Positions 10,112 to 20,775 of a DNA stretch of 57,394 nucleotides are shown here, piece by piece. A program made the translations under genes and the position numbers. Under the pieces are notes generated by a model, which saw only the letters and a list, made by a program, of their open reading frames with translations, searched no databases and was not told the DNA's origin. Source of the DNA: Bacteroidia bacterium (GTDB lineage: Bacteria > Bacteroidota > Bacteroidia > Flavobacteriales > Schleiferiaceae); assembly GCA_030427285.1 (NCBI GenBank), contig JAUHWX010000001.1:1-57394 (forward strand), in the 5' to 3' direction. Position 1 is the stretch's first letter. Every line of letters begins with the position of its first letter.

Positions 10112-10176
10112 GCACACCTTATTACTTTTTATTTTCTTGGCATTCATTTTGTAATTTCAGTTAGAAATCAAATAAC

Positions 10177-10989
10177 ATGAAATTACTAGCTCTCATATTT
10201 CCTTTTTTCTTTTGGCCAATCACTTCCCCAGTTGAGGATGACTACACCTCCGATACGCCAAAAACAGAATTGCGAAAAATATCCAATAATGCATTTAGCA
10301 AAGGCGAATACCTTAAGTACCGTATTCATTATGGAATTATTGACGCTGGTATAGCGGAGTTGATGGTAAAAGATATTACTCACAAAAATGGTAGGGAGGT
10401 ATATCACATGGTAGGCAAAGGAAGGTCAACCGGAATGGCAGAATGGTTTTTTAAAACCAGAGATACTTATGAGTCTTATGTAGATACAAAGTCCATCATA
10501 CCATGGGAATTTGTAAGAGATGTTAATGAGGGTGGGTATATTATAAAACGGCATGTTTTTTTTAATCAAAATGCCAATACGGCAAGAGATATTCTGGAAA
10601 AGAACTCCAAGAATTATGAAGTGCCGGTTAACGTGCAGGACATACTCAGCGCTTTTTACTACGCTCGTTGCGCAGAAACTGGAAATATTCAGCCTGGAGA
10701 TGTGCTTCCGATTGAGATTTTTATGGACCATGAAGTTTTCCCATTTCAATTAAAATACCTGGGGGTAGAAAGAATGAAAACCGACTGGGGTTATATTGAT
10801 TGTAAAAAATTTATACCGGTAGTACAAGAAGGACGAGTGTTTAGAGAGGAAGAGGGTTTGACATTGTGGGTGACTGATGATGCTAATAAAATTCCAATTC
10901 GTTTGGAGGCTAAACTTGCTGTAGGGAGTATAAAAATGGATTTGATGGATTTTAGGAATAACCGAAATCCTTTACAATTCAGAAAATAA
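10177..10989 (+). CDS. DUF3108-like exported protein
   Basis: Signal peptide; GEYLKYRIHYG, RDVNEGGY, QDILSAFYY and LWVTDDANKIP blocks. Confidence 0.8.
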   Translation: MKLLALIFPFFFWPITSPVEDDYTSDTPKTELRKISNNAFSKGEYLKYRIHYGIIDAGIAELMVKDITHKNGREVYHMVGKGRSTGMAEWFFKTRDTYESYVDTKSIIPWEFVRDVNEGGYIIKRHVFFNQNANTARDILEKNSKNYEVPVNVQDILSAFYYARCAETGNIQPGDVLPIEIFMDHEVFPFQLKYLGVERMKTDWGYIDCKKFIPVVQEGRVFREEEGLTLWVTDDANKIPIRLEAKLAVGSIKMDLMDFRNNRNPLQFRK

Positions 10990-11024
10990 GATTCTTTAAT
11001 TTGCCGCTCTATAACGATTACGGC

Positions 11025-12002
11025 ATGGACATTAATGAAGAGATCAATGTGCGCATTGATAAACTTGCGGAAAAGTATCACGCAAGTGGTCAGGAATTAC
11101 TCGCTTACCTTGACGGGCTATTATTTGCAGACTACAATACTTATTGGGACTACATACACTTAGATACACTCTTAAGTCTACAAACACCAAAAACTCAGTT
11201 TCCTGATGAAGAGATTTTCATCATGTATCATCAAATAACGGAGCTGTATTTTAAGCTTACGCTGCATGAAATGAAGCAGCTTGCTGAGAACAAAGATCTG
11301 ACCACTGATTTTTTTGAAGCTCGATTAAAGCGAATCAACAGATATTTTAGTGCACTTACCCACTCGTTTGGAGTAATGGAAAAAGGAATGGATCGCGAAG
11401 ACTTTTTAAAGTTTAGAATGTCTCTTATCCCCGCAAGTGGGTTTCAGTCAGCTCAGTATCGCAAGATTGAAATCTGTGCTACTGATATGATTAATCTGGT
11501 CAATAAGGACTTTCGCCAGAAGATGGTGAAGGATGGAGCTAATATAGGTCAGATGTATGATAAAATTTATTGGAAGTGGGGAGCTACTATGGAGAAGACC
11601 GGTGAAAAGACCCTCACCCTGCGACAGTTCGAGCGTAAGTACACTGACGAACTTATTCGATTAGCAAACGGCTACAAAGAAGTAAACCTATGGCAGTTAT
11701 ATAAAAGGTTTAAGGAGACAGGAAAAACCCATAAGGGAATCGAAGAGCAGCTTAAGGCGCTTGATCTAAATGTTAACGTAAACTGGCCATTGCAGCATTA
11801 TAGAACTTCTGTTGCTTACTTAGCTCAGCGTCCACACGATGTAAGTAGTACAGGAGGAACAAACTGGCAGAAGTATTTGCCACCACGTTTTCAAAAACGA
11901 ATATTCTATCCTGAACTTTGGACAGCAGAGGAGAAAAAAGAGTGGGGTAAAAAATGGGTGACGGATGTGCTTTCGGAATATGGCCCCAAGTCGAATAAGT
12001 AA
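11025..12002 (+). CDS. kynA: Tryptophan 2,3-dioxygenase
   Basis: YWDYIHLDTLLSLQ, DEEIFIMYHQITELYFK, ASGFQSAQYR and TGGT motifs; ATG at 11025. Confidence 0.9.
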   Translation: MDINEEINVRIDKLAEKYHASGQELLAYLDGLLFADYNTYWDYIHLDTLLSLQTPKTQFPDEEIFIMYHQITELYFKLTLHEMKQLAENKDLTTDFFEARLKRINRYFSALTHSFGVMEKGMDREDFLKFRMSLIPASGFQSAQYRKIEICATDMINLVNKDFRQKMVKDGANIGQMYDKIYWKWGATMEKTGEKTLTLRQFERKYTDELIRLANGYKEVNLWQLYKRFKETGKTHKGIEEQLKALDLNVNVNWPLQHYRTSVAYLAQRPHDVSSTGGTNWQKYLPPRFQKRIFYPELWTAEEKKEWGKKWVTDVLSEYGPKSNK

Positions 12003-12096
12003 TTATACATTTTTAGATATCTAACCCCTTGTTAATAAGACAGTACGAATTCATATATTCGCGAATTACATTTGAAACATAATTTTTAGCAGATTG

Positions 12097-13413
12097 ATGA
12101 AGAAGAGGATCAAGTTGTTTTTGGTGCTTGCCACAATACTTATAGCTGGCGTAGTTTTTATCAGGTTTTATTTTAATAAGCAGTTTGCGGCACGGCCACA
12201 AGATGTTACTATAGACACCACTAGCGTTAAGCCTATTGTACCTATTGCCTATCGCTTTGGCCTTCCAGTTGATTCATTTGAAGTGCTAGAAGGTGTAGTG
12301 AAAAATGGTGAGAGTTTTGGTAACATTCTTTTGGCTAATGGAGTGGGGTATAGTGTGATTAACAAAATTGCTACAGAATTTAAAGATGTTTTTGATGTAA
12401 GATGGTTGCGAAGTGGAAAGCCTTATTCACTTTTTTGCGAAAGCAATGACAGCAGTCGTGTGGCCAAATACATGGTGTATCAGGCTTCGGCAGTAGAGTA
12501 TTATGTATTCGATTTGCAAGATTCGGTAAATGTATATTCTGGCAAAAAGGACGTGACCACCAAGGTGCATGAAGTATCAGGTGAAATTAATTCATCACTT
12601 TATCAAACACTTGTAGAGAAAGGGGCTTCAGTAGGAATTGCAATGAAATTGGCGGATGTATACGCCTGGAGTATTGACTTTTTTAGAATTCAAAAGGGGG
12701 ATTACTTCAAAGTGATTTATGAAGAGAAGTATATTGATGATACGGTGAATGTAGGTGTAGGGCGAATTATCGCAGCTGATTTTAATCACGGAGGTACATC
12801 GTTTTATGCTTTTCATTTTGATCGTCCTGATGAAAATTACTCTGATTATTTTGATGAAAATGGAAAGACTTTGAGAAAAGCCTTTTTGAAAGCTCCTCTT
12901 GATTTTTATCGTATTTCCAGTCGCTATAATCCTAAGCGTTTTCATCCTGTGCAGAAGCGATGGAAAGCTCATTTAGGGACGGATTATGCCGCACCAACCG
13001 GAACCCCGATTATGGCTACAGCCGATGGTGAGGTGATTGCTGCGGCTTATACCCGTGGTAATGGTAACTACGTAAAAGTTCGTCATAATTCCACTTATAC
13101 CACGCAGTATCTGCACATGAGTAAGTTTGCCAAAGGTACTAAGAAGGGTAGAATAGTAAAACAAGGAGATATCATTGGCTACGTTGGTAGTACAGGTCTT
13201 GCTACAGGTCCTCATGTGTGTTACCGCTTTTGGAAAAATGGAAAGCAAGTAGATCCGTATAGTCAAAAGTTGCCTGAGGCAGATCCTATTAAGGAAAAGT
13301 ACAAAGCTGACTACGAGGCTCAAATGACGGTGTTAAAAACACGTTTGGACAAATTACCTGTAAAAGATGCCGAAACAGAAACCGAGATTCATTTAGCTTC
13401 AGTTGGTGGGTAG
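12097..13413 (+). CDS. M23 family peptidoglycan DD-endopeptidase (MepM/Csd3-like)
   Basis: N-terminal TM anchor; HLGTD (HxxxD), YLHM and ATGPHVCY motifs. Confidence 0.92.
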   Translation: MKKRIKLFLVLATILIAGVVFIRFYFNKQFAARPQDVTIDTTSVKPIVPIAYRFGLPVDSFEVLEGVVKNGESFGNILLANGVGYSVINKIATEFKDVFDVRWLRSGKPYSLFCESNDSSRVAKYMVYQASAVEYYVFDLQDSVNVYSGKKDVTTKVHEVSGEINSSLYQTLVEKGASVGIAMKLADVYAWSIDFFRIQKGDYFKVIYEEKYIDDTVNVGVGRIIAADFNHGGTSFYAFHFDRPDENYSDYFDENGKTLRKAFLKAPLDFYRISSRYNPKRFHPVQKRWKAHLGTDYAAPTGTPIMATADGEVIAAAYTRGNGNYVKVRHNSTYTTQYLHMSKFAKGTKKGRIVKQGDIIGYVGSTGLATGPHVCYRFWKNGKQVDPYSQKLPEADPIKEKYKADYEAQMTVLKTRLDKLPVKDAETETEIHLASVGG

Positions 13414-13416
13414 TTT

Positions 13417-15135
13417 CTAAAGCTCTTCTGTTAGCTTAATATCTTTCAATCTTATTTGTAAAGTAACCTTTCCGTTGAAGTGATTTTCTTCAACATGGTA
13501 CGCTATTGAAATTGGCGTGCCGGATTGCAAGAGGGGTAGCTTGTCGGCCATTCCAAAACCTATTCCTGTAAAGCTTATTCCTGAAGAAGGGTCTTTGAGT
13601 ACAACTCTTAAATGAGTACCATCGCCACCAACTGGTTTGCTAAAGCCAGTATCCGAAAGATTGTCGGTTCTAAAAGTTGGCTGCATATTGGCAGGGCCAA
13701 AGGGTGCAAATTGCTTTAGCACTTTATAAAACTTTTCACTGAGTTCCGGGAAGGAGACGTTGGCATCAATTTCTATTTCAGGTGTACGTTGCTCCGGCTT
13801 TATGGTGGCTTTTACCACTTCCTCAAACTTGGTCTTAAACTCTTGGAATCTATCTATCGGCAAAGTCATTCCTGCGGCATACATGTGTCCTCCAAATTGC
13901 TCTAAAATGTCGCTGCAGCTATCTAAGGCATTGTATACATCAAAACCCTTTACCGAGCGAGCAGAGCCGGCAAGCATGCCTTTGCTTTCAGTAAATACCA
14001 CGGTGGGTCGATAGTAGTTTTCAATTAGGCGAGAGGCCACAATTCCGATAACTCCTTTGTGCCAATCCTTTTCAAAAACTACGGTACTGTATCGGTCGGT
14101 TTCATCAAGGTCTTGTATCATTTTTAGTGCAGACTGCGTGATTGATCCGTCTAATTCTTTACGCTCATTATTATGATCATTAATAGTTTTAGAGAGCTCT
14201 TCGATTACGGTTGGATCTTCTCCAGTAAGAAGTTCGACAGCAAGGTGGCCATGCGAAATTCTGCCTGCAGCATTTATTCTTGGCCCCAGCAAAAACACCA
14301 CATCTGTGATGGTCATAGTAGTGTCTTTTTTGCCTGCAAGTTCTTTTAGCAGAGCAATTCCTGGCCGGGGATGCTCATTTATGAGCTTAAGTCCATAAAA
14401 GGCCAGAACACGGTTTTCACCATTTATGGGAACAATGTCAGCGCCTATGCTTATTGCCAAAAGATCAAGTAGACACGTCCATTGTGAATCTGGAAGTTCC
14501 CATTTTTTACAAAGGGCCTGCACTAACTTGAAACCTACACCACAGCCGCTTAATTCATCAAAAGGATAATTGCAATCTTCTCTTTTGGGATCTAGCACTG
14601 CAACGGCCTGAGGTATTTTATCTCCCGGGCGGTGGTGATCTCCTATTATAAAATCAATTCCTTTGGAGGAAGCATATTCTACTTTATCAATAGCTTTTAT
14701 ACCACAATCCAAGGCGATAATCAGGCCAATGTCATTGTCTGCTGCATAATTAATTCCGGCAGTGGAAATACCGTAACCTTCTTTATATCGGTCAGGGATG
14801 TAAGTGTCTAAATGAGGGCAGTGATTTTTTAGAAAGGAATGAACTAAAGAAACAGCTGTGGTGCCGTCCACATCGTAATCTCCATAAATTAAAATACGCT
14901 CCTCAGCTTTAATTGCTTTTTCGATACGTTCCACGGCTTTGTCCATATCCTTCATCAAAAAGGGATCATGCAGGGAGCTCAAATCGGGGCGAAAAAATTC
15001 TTTGGCCGCATCAAAATCATGAATACCGCGTTGTGCTAATAATTCACATAAAGTGGGATTTATACCTAATTGTTGTTGAAGGTTTTGAGTGATTTTAGCG
15101 GAAGCTTTGGGTGCGGTAGTCCAACGATAGTCCAT
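13417..15135 (-). CDS. recJ: Single-stranded-DNA-specific exonuclease RecJ
   Basis: GDYDVDG, DHH, PRINAAGR, GSARS and GGH motifs. Confidence 0.97.
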   Translation of the reverse strand: MDYRWTTAPKASAKITQNLQQQLGINPTLCELLAQRGIHDFDAAKEFFRPDLSSLHDPFLMKDMDKAVERIEKAIKAEERILIYGDYDVDGTTAVSLVHSFLKNHCPHLDTYIPDRYKEGYGISTAGINYAADNDIGLIIALDCGIKAIDKVEYASSKGIDFIIGDHHRPGDKIPQAVAVLDPKREDCNYPFDELSGCGVGFKLVQALCKKWELPDSQWTCLLDLLAISIGADIVPINGENRVLAFYGLKLINEHPRPGIALLKELAGKKDTTMTITDVVFLLGPRINAAGRISHGHLAVELLTGEDPTVIEELSKTINDHNNERKELDGSITQSALKMIQDLDETDRYSTVVFEKDWHKGVIGIVASRLIENYYRPTVVFTESKGMLAGSARSVKGFDVYNALDSCSDILEQFGGHMYAAGMTLPIDRFQEFKTKFEEVVKATIKPEQRTPEIEIDANVSFPELSEKFYKVLKQFAPFGPANMQPTFRTDNLSDTGFSKPVGGDGTHLRVVLKDPSSGISFTGIGFGMADKLPLLQSGTPISIAYHVEENHFNGKVTLQIRLKDIKLTEEL

Positions 15136-15169
15136 GGTTGTGAATTTGCGAAACTCTAAGATAAGGGAT

Positions 15170-15206
15170 AAAAAAAGGAGAGACCAACAATTGTGAGTCT
15201 CTCCTT
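15170..15206 (-). terminator. Terminator after the maeB-usp genes
   Basis: AAGGAGAGAC / GTCTCTCCTT inverted repeat with a T run on the minus strand. Confidence 0.8.
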
Positions 15207-15227
15207 AAGGCAGAAATATATTTGATT

Positions 15228-16034
15228 CTATTTTGGTTCGTGTAGCGCCAGCATAGGAATGTTAGTATGGTAGGCAAGCTTGGATGTAAGGCTACTTTTG
15301 AATAAACCTTCAAAAAAGCCGTAACGCTTGGTAATTGCGGTTACCATGTCTGCATTTTTTGTTTCGCAATATTCCAAAATATCCTTATCCAGGTTATCCT
15401 TTTGAGCCAGTACAGCATAGCTGTGAGGCACATCGCTAAGATGCGTTTCCAAAAAGTCGCGGCTACCTTCTTTTACGCCACGGTCATCCTGAAAATGCAG
15501 GATGTTAACCTTGGCTCCATAGATATTTGCGAAGGCTTTTAATCTTAATAATGGACGTTCTTTTTTACGAAGGTCCATGTCGGTGGCTAGCACAATGTTT
15601 TTAATCTCCTTTACCTTAGAGTTTGGAGGAATTACCAAAACGGGAGTGTCAATGTTTTGAATAACAGAAGCTGCATTACTACCAATCAAAAGTTCTTCGA
15701 TACCGCTGGCTCCTTTGGTGCCAAGAACTACAATGTCAATGTTATGCTTTTCGCATAGCTCTTTACTCAGTCGGATAGGATTGCCCAGGCTAACCTGCGT
15801 TTGAAAACCTACACCTGAAGAAGATAAAACTTTAGCCTCAAATTCTTGCATGTGCTTATTGGCAATGTCCTTCATTTCATGAAGCAATGAAGTGGTCATA
15901 CTACGCTCAGAATAAGGTACGTCATAGGCATGAAAAGCTACAATGCTACCCTTAGTGCGCTTTGCAATATCAATGGCAAACTCGGCTGCCAATTCTGCAT
16001 TTTCTGAGAAATCGGTTGGGAATAATACTTTCAT
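15228..16034 (-). CDS. Universal stress protein (tandem Usp domains)
   Basis: VLFPTDFS, VLGTKGASG...GSNA and PVLVIP motifs. Confidence 0.92.
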   Translation of the reverse strand: MKVLFPTDFSENAELAAEFAIDIAKRTKGSIVAFHAYDVPYSERSMTTSLLHEMKDIANKHMQEFEAKVLSSSGVGFQTQVSLGNPIRLSKELCEKHNIDIVVLGTKGASGIEELLIGSNAASVIQNIDTPVLVIPPNSKVKEIKNIVLATDMDLRKKERPLLRLKAFANIYGAKVNILHFQDDRGVKEGSRDFLETHLSDVPHSYAVLAQKDNLDKDILEYCETKNADMVTAITKRYGFFEGLFKSSLTSKLAYHTNIPMLALHEPK

Positions 16035-16036
16035 TT

Positions 16037-18316
16037 TTACTTAGAAGATTTTGTTTTTCGCGTTTGTGCATCTACCGAAGCTAAGGTAATCATATTCACA
16101 ATTTCGCGCACGCTACTTCCCATTTGTAAAATGTGTGCGGGCTTTCTTATTCCTATCAAAAATGGCCCTAGAGCTTCGGCTGCACCATGTGATTGAAGCA
16201 TTTTGTAAGCAATGTTTCCTGCGGCAAGATTCGGAAAAATAAAAGTATTTGGCTTGAATTTTACCAAATCACTGAATGGAAAAGTTTCATTGAGAAGTTC
16301 ATTGTTTAAAGCAAAATTGGCTTGCATCTCACCATCTACAATTAAGTCTGGATGATCTCTTCTCAAAATAGCAGTGGCCTTTTGCATTTTCACCGCCTCC
16401 GGTTGGTTTGAAGACCCAAAATTGCTGTAAGAAAGAAGCGCAATTTTAGGTTTTACATTTATTCTTTTTAAGATGGTGGCGGCTTCTAACGTGATGTCTA
16501 CAATTTCTTCGGCCGTTGGGTTTTCATTGATGGTGGTATCAGCAAAAAACATGGGCCCTTTTTTGGAGAGCATGATGTACATACCCGATACCTTCTTTGT
16601 ATCGGCATCAGTTCCTATAAGTTCAAATAGAGGCTTCAATACCTCGGTATATTTTCGGGTTAAACCCGAAACAAAGGCATCAGCTTCCCCAGCTTCAAGC
16701 ATTGCTGCACCAAAATAATTTCTATCTCTAACCTGTTTGCGAGCATCAAAAAGTGTAACTCCCTTTCGCTTGCGTTTTTCAAATAGTAACTGAGCGTATT
16801 TTTCTGAGCGATCTGGGCTATCAAATGTGTCAAGTATAGGAAGGTCTTCAATGCCGAGATTGTGCTCTTTTATCAATCTTTCTATAATCTCTCTCTTCCC
16901 TAGCAGTATTGGTTTCGCCAGATTTTCTTCCACTGCAATTTGGGCAGCTTTTAGCACTTTCAGGTTGTCACCTTCAGCAAGCACTACGCGCTGTGGTTTG
17001 CTGCGTGCTTTTTCTTGCGCCAAGCGAATGAATTTGTCATCACGACTCAGTCTGCTGATGAGTTCTTCTTTATAACTATCCCAATCTTCAATATGAATTC
17101 TTGCAACACCACTATCCATTGCAGCTTTGGCTACAGCTGGAGATACTTTGTATATAAGACGAGGGTCAAACGGTTTCGGAATTATATAATCTTTCCCAAA
17201 CTGCATGTTATCCTGATTGTAGGCCATGTTTACAATTTCGGGAACAGACTCCTTTGCTAATTCGGCAATAGCATGAACAGCAGCCAATTTCATTTCCTCA
17301 TTGATTTTCTTGGCGCGAACGTCAAGAGCTCCTCTAAAGATAAAAGGGAAGCCAAGCACGTTATTCACCTGATTAGGATTGTCAGATCGGCCAGTAGCCA
17401 TTATAATATCCTTGCGCGCTGCTGTTGCTTCTTTGTAACTTATCTCTGGGTCAGGGTTTGCTAGAGCAAAAACAACTGGGTTTTTAGCCATGGACTTAAC
17501 CATTTTTTGGCTCACCACACCACCTTTAGAAAGCCCTACAAATACATCCGCATCCTTAATGGCGTCTTCTAAGGTTTCAAAATTGGTATCTGCAATAAAT
17601 TGCTTTTTTTCTTCTGTAAGGTTTGTGCGCGATTTGCTAATAACTCCTTTGCTGTCGCACATTATAAGGTTTTCGGGCTTTACACCACAAGAAATATAAA
17701 GCTTGGCGCAACTGATGGCACTGGCTCCTGCTCCATTAAAAACCACTCGAACGTCTTCTATGTTTTTACCTACAAGCTCAAGTGAGTTGAGAAGTGCCGC
17801 AGCGGTAATAATGGCCGTTCCATGCTGGTCGTCATGCATTATGGGAATGTCCAGTTCTTCCTTCAGCCTTTGCTCGATTTCAAAGCATTCTGGTGCACTG
17901 ATATCTTCAAGGTTTATTCCACCAAAAGTGGGCTCTAAAGCTTTTACCGTTTGTATAAAAAGCTCTGGGTCTTTTGCGTTAAGCTCAAGATCAAAAACAT
18001 CGATGTCTGCAAATATTTTGAAAAGAACACCCTTCCCTTCCATTACGGGTTTACTGGCTTCGGGCCCAATATCTCCCAGACCTAACACAGCCGTACCATT
18101 AGAAATTACCGCAACCAAGTTTCCTTTAGCAGTGTATTTAAATACATCGTCCTTATTGTTGCTAATAGCTAAGCAGGGATCTGCAACGCCAGGGGAGTAA
18201 GCTATGGAGAGGTCTCGTTGGCTATTGCTTGGTTTAGTAGGAATCACCTCGATCTTTCCAGGGCGACCTTCGCTATGGTAGTCGAGTGCATCTTGCCTTT
18301 TGATTTTCTTGGGCAT
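16037..18316 (-). CDS. maeB: NADP-dependent malic enzyme with PTA-like C-terminal domain
   Basis: [34 protein letters not shown] and [10 protein letters not shown] motifs plus a phosphotransacetylase-like domain. Confidence 0.96.
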   Translation of the reverse strand: MPKKIKRQDALDYHSEGRPGKIEVIPTKPSNSQRDLSIAYSPGVADPCLAISNNKDDVFKYTAKGNLVAVISNGTAVLGLGDIGPEASKPVMEGKGVLFKIFADIDVFDLELNAKDPELFIQTVKALEPTFGGINLEDISAPECFEIEQRLKEELDIPIMHDDQHGTAIITAAALLNSLELVGKNIEDVRVVFNGAGASAISCAKLYISCGVKPENLIMCDSKGVISKSRTNLTEEKKQFIADTNFETLEDAIKDADVFVGLSKGGVVSQKMVKSMAKNPVVFALANPDPEISYKEATAARKDIIMATGRSDNPNQVNNVLGFPFIFRGALDVRAKKINEEMKLAAVHAIAELAKESVPEIVNMAYNQDNMQFGKDYIIPKPFDPRLIYKVSPAVAKAAMDSGVARIHIEDWDSYKEELISRLSRDDKFIRLAQEKARSKPQRVVLAEGDNLKVLKAAQIAVEENLAKPILLGKREIIERLIKEHNLGIEDLPILDTFDSPDRSEKYAQLLFEKRKRKGVTLFDARKQVRDRNYFGAAMLEAGEADAFVSGLTRKYTEVLKPLFELIGTDADTKKVSGMYIMLSKKGPMFFADTTINENPTAEEIVDITLEAATILKRINVKPKIALLSYSNFGSSNQPEAVKMQKATAILRRDHPDLIVDGEMQANFALNNELLNETFPFSDLVKFKPNTFIFPNLAAGNIAYKMLQSHGAAEALGPFLIGIRKPAHILQMGSSVREIVNMITLASVDAQTRKTKSSK

Positions 18317-18373
18317 GATTGTATATTTTTAGTAAAACTAAATTCTTAAAAAGAGGAAATGATTTGAAGATCC

Positions 18374-19579
18374 TTAGTACAGAAAGTTATTGAATGGAAA
18401 GCGAATGGCGTGTAATTCGGCTACCACTTCATAGATTCTGTGTTTAAGGTCTTCAATGTTTTCACGCTCGGTGGCGGAAATGAAAACAACATTTTTATCA
18501 GACTTTCCGAACCATGTGCGCTTCCAGTCATCCAAAGCATAATTGGCTTTGGTGGCAGGGCTGAGGTCATCTTCATCCTTTACCTCGTATGAGTATTGAT
18601 CAATTTTATTGAATACCATCATTACAGTTTTGTCAGCAATATTGGGGTCAATATCCTTGATGGTATTATTTACGGTTTCAATGTGCTCTTCAAAATTGGG
18701 GTGAGAAATATCAACTACATGAATCAATACATCTGACTCACGAACCTCGTCAAGAGTAGATTTAAAAGATTCCACCAATTGAGTCGGAAGTTTTCTAATA
18801 AATCCTACTGTATCTGTAAGCAAGAAGGGTAGGTTTTCCAACACTACTTTTCTTACGGTGGTATCCAAGGTTGCAAAGAGTTTATTCTCAGCAAATACCT
18901 CTGATTTGCTCAAAAGATTCATTAGGGTGGATTTACCAACGTTGGTATACCCTACCAAAGCTACACGTATAAGTGAGCCTCGATTACCACGCTGAATAGC
19001 CATTTGCTTATCAATCTTCTTTAGCTTGTCTTTTAGCAAGGAGATTTTATCACGGATTATTCTTCGGTCAGTTTCAATTTCACGTTCACCAGGTCCTTTC
19101 ATACCAATACCCCCTTTTTGCTTACTAAGGTGAGTCCACATATTAGTAAGACGAGGCAATAAGTATTGATATTGGGCTAACTCAACTTGAGTACGAGCGT
19201 AAGAGGTAACAGCGCGTGATGCAAAAATATCCAGTATCAGATTGGTTCTATCCAATACTTTGCACTCAAATATCCGCTCAATATTTTTCAACTGAGAGGG
19301 GGAGAGCTCATCATCAAAAATGGCAATGTCAATATTCTCAGACTTTACGAATGAGGCTATTTCTTCAATCTTTCCAGAGCCCAACAGAGTTTTTGGATTT
19401 GGTTTATCGAGCTTTTGCCAAAAGCGCTTTACGCAAATAGCTCCGGCCGTATCTGCCAAAAACTCCAGCTCATCCATATATTCACCGAGTTTTTCCTCAG
19501 GCTGAAACTGAGTGATTACCCCAATAAGGATTGCCTTTTCGGGTTCGGTACTAAGGTTTTTCTTTTTTGATTCTATCAT
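18374..19579 (-). CDS. hflX: Ribosome-splitting GTPase HflX
   Basis: ILDIF, GPGE, GYTNVGKS, LFATLD, DTVGF and NKID motifs. Confidence 0.97.
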   Translation of the reverse strand: MIESKKKNLSTEPEKAILIGVITQFQPEEKLGEYMDELEFLADTAGAICVKRFWQKLDKPNPKTLLGSGKIEEIASFVKSENIDIAIFDDELSPSQLKNIERIFECKVLDRTNLILDIFASRAVTSYARTQVELAQYQYLLPRLTNMWTHLSKQKGGIGMKGPGEREIETDRRIIRDKISLLKDKLKKIDKQMAIQRGNRGSLIRVALVGYTNVGKSTLMNLLSKSEVFAENKLFATLDTTVRKVVLENLPFLLTDTVGFIRKLPTQLVESFKSTLDEVRESDVLIHVVDISHPNFEEHIETVNNTIKDIDPNIADKTVMMVFNKIDQYSYEVKDEDDLSPATKANYALDDWKRTWFGKSDKNVVFISATERENIEDLKHRIYEVVAELHAIRFPFNNFLY

Positions 19580-19585
19580 AGAAAT

Positions 19586-20020
19586 CTATGCGGGCCAAAC
19601 GTTCCATGGTATTCTTACTAAAGCCAATATTAAAGCAATAGCAAAGAAAATTACAACGGTCTTAAATTTTGCAGAAGACATTTCTTTACGCTTAGCTTTT
19701 GAATACCCAATCGTGATTAATACAATAGCAACAAGCATGGTCAGCGGATGTTCGACTGCATACAATCTATTTGTAGCGTCACTCATGGTAGTTTCTGCGG
19801 TAAGTGCAGCTTTGCTAACAGGGCTGATAAAGTAAAGTACTAAGCCAATAACTAATTGCAGATGCGCAAGAATCAGCGTAATAAGCGAGAGGCGTTTGTC
19901 AGCAGTCGTGTAAGCGCTGCCTTTAGACATTTTTGTAGCAAAGATTATTATGGTAATAACCAGTGCTGCCAATAATAAATACGGTAAAAAAGAATGGAGG
20001 TGTTTAAATCCTGTATACAT
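19586..20020 (-). CDS. Four-TM membrane protein (Bacteroidota cytochrome-b-like hypothetical)
   Basis: HLHS, AHLQLVIG, EHP..M and RIPW motifs; His residues in TM helices; TACATTTG promoter at 20039-20046. Confidence 0.75.
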   Translation of the reverse strand: MYTGFKHLHSFLPYLLLAALVITIIIFATKMSKGSAYTTADKRLSLITLILAHLQLVIGLVLYFISPVSKAALTAETTMSDATNRLYAVEHPLTMLVAIVLITIGYSKAKRKEMSSAKFKTVVIFFAIALILALVRIPWNVWPA

Positions 20021-20050
20021 CAAAAGTAAATTTTGACGCAAATGTACAGA

Positions 20051-20551
20051 TTAACTCAACTCAAGCTTTTGCTCTTTTTCAATCTCCACATTTTGTTTGC
20101 GGATATTTTCAAGCGAGTTTACCACATAGTTCAACTTTTGCATAGGTACAAAGGTTAGATTGAACTTACGTACGCGCTCAACTCCATGCTGAGTAGCCAA
20201 AGTAATCGTGAGTTTTTTGGTAAACAAACTTTTGGTAAACTGGTAATCGTAAATTATACGCTTGGGAAATTCATATCGGGTTTGAGCCGGTGCTTTGAAT
20301 GAGCCAAAAATCAATGATTTTGAGTGAATGTGAATAATTTCATATTCATCTTCGTAGCTAAAGTAGTTTATGCGAATGCTTGCAAGAAGAAGAATTCCCA
20401 CTGCTGCAATAATGCCCGGAGTATGGTTTACGAAGTAATCACTAATGGATCCGTTTACCTGTGACATTAAAATGTCGGTAACTAATACCAGTATAAGGAA
20501 AAACAACAAAACTCGCCACATCAGGAAATAGGCCTTGTTACTTACAATCAT
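20051..20551 (-). CDS. Hypothetical protein with two N-terminal TM helices and a basic beta-rich C-terminal domain
   Basis: Start taken at MIVSNK; two hydrophobic segments. Confidence 0.65.
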   Translation of the reverse strand: MIVSNKAYFLMWRVLLFFLILVLVTDILMSQVNGSISDYFVNHTPGIIAAVGILLLASIRINYFSYEDEYEIIHIHSKSLIFGSFKAPAQTRYEFPKRIIYDYQFTKSLFTKKLTITLATQHGVERVRKFNLTFVPMQKLNYVVNSLENIRKQNVEIEKEQKLELS

Positions 20552-20720
20552 AATAACTCTTGTCTTAATTTTCGTACGGCAAAAATAGCTACTACAACTA
20601 TATATCCTATCCTGATACTTAGAATTTGAAAACTTTAACACTTTGATTTTGGAACAGAAAATATATTAAAATCTGCTAAGAGATAAATAAAGAAGTAGTT
20701 AGAGTATTACAAATTGGGTG

Positions 20721-20755
20721 AAAATAAAAACCCCCGAATTAGTATTCGGGGGTTT
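20721..20755 (-). terminator. Rho-independent terminator
   Basis: AAACCCCCGAAT-loop-ATTCGGGGGTTT with a T run on the minus strand. Confidence 0.88.
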
Positions 20756-20775
20756 AAGTTTTGGTTAGCTAATAA

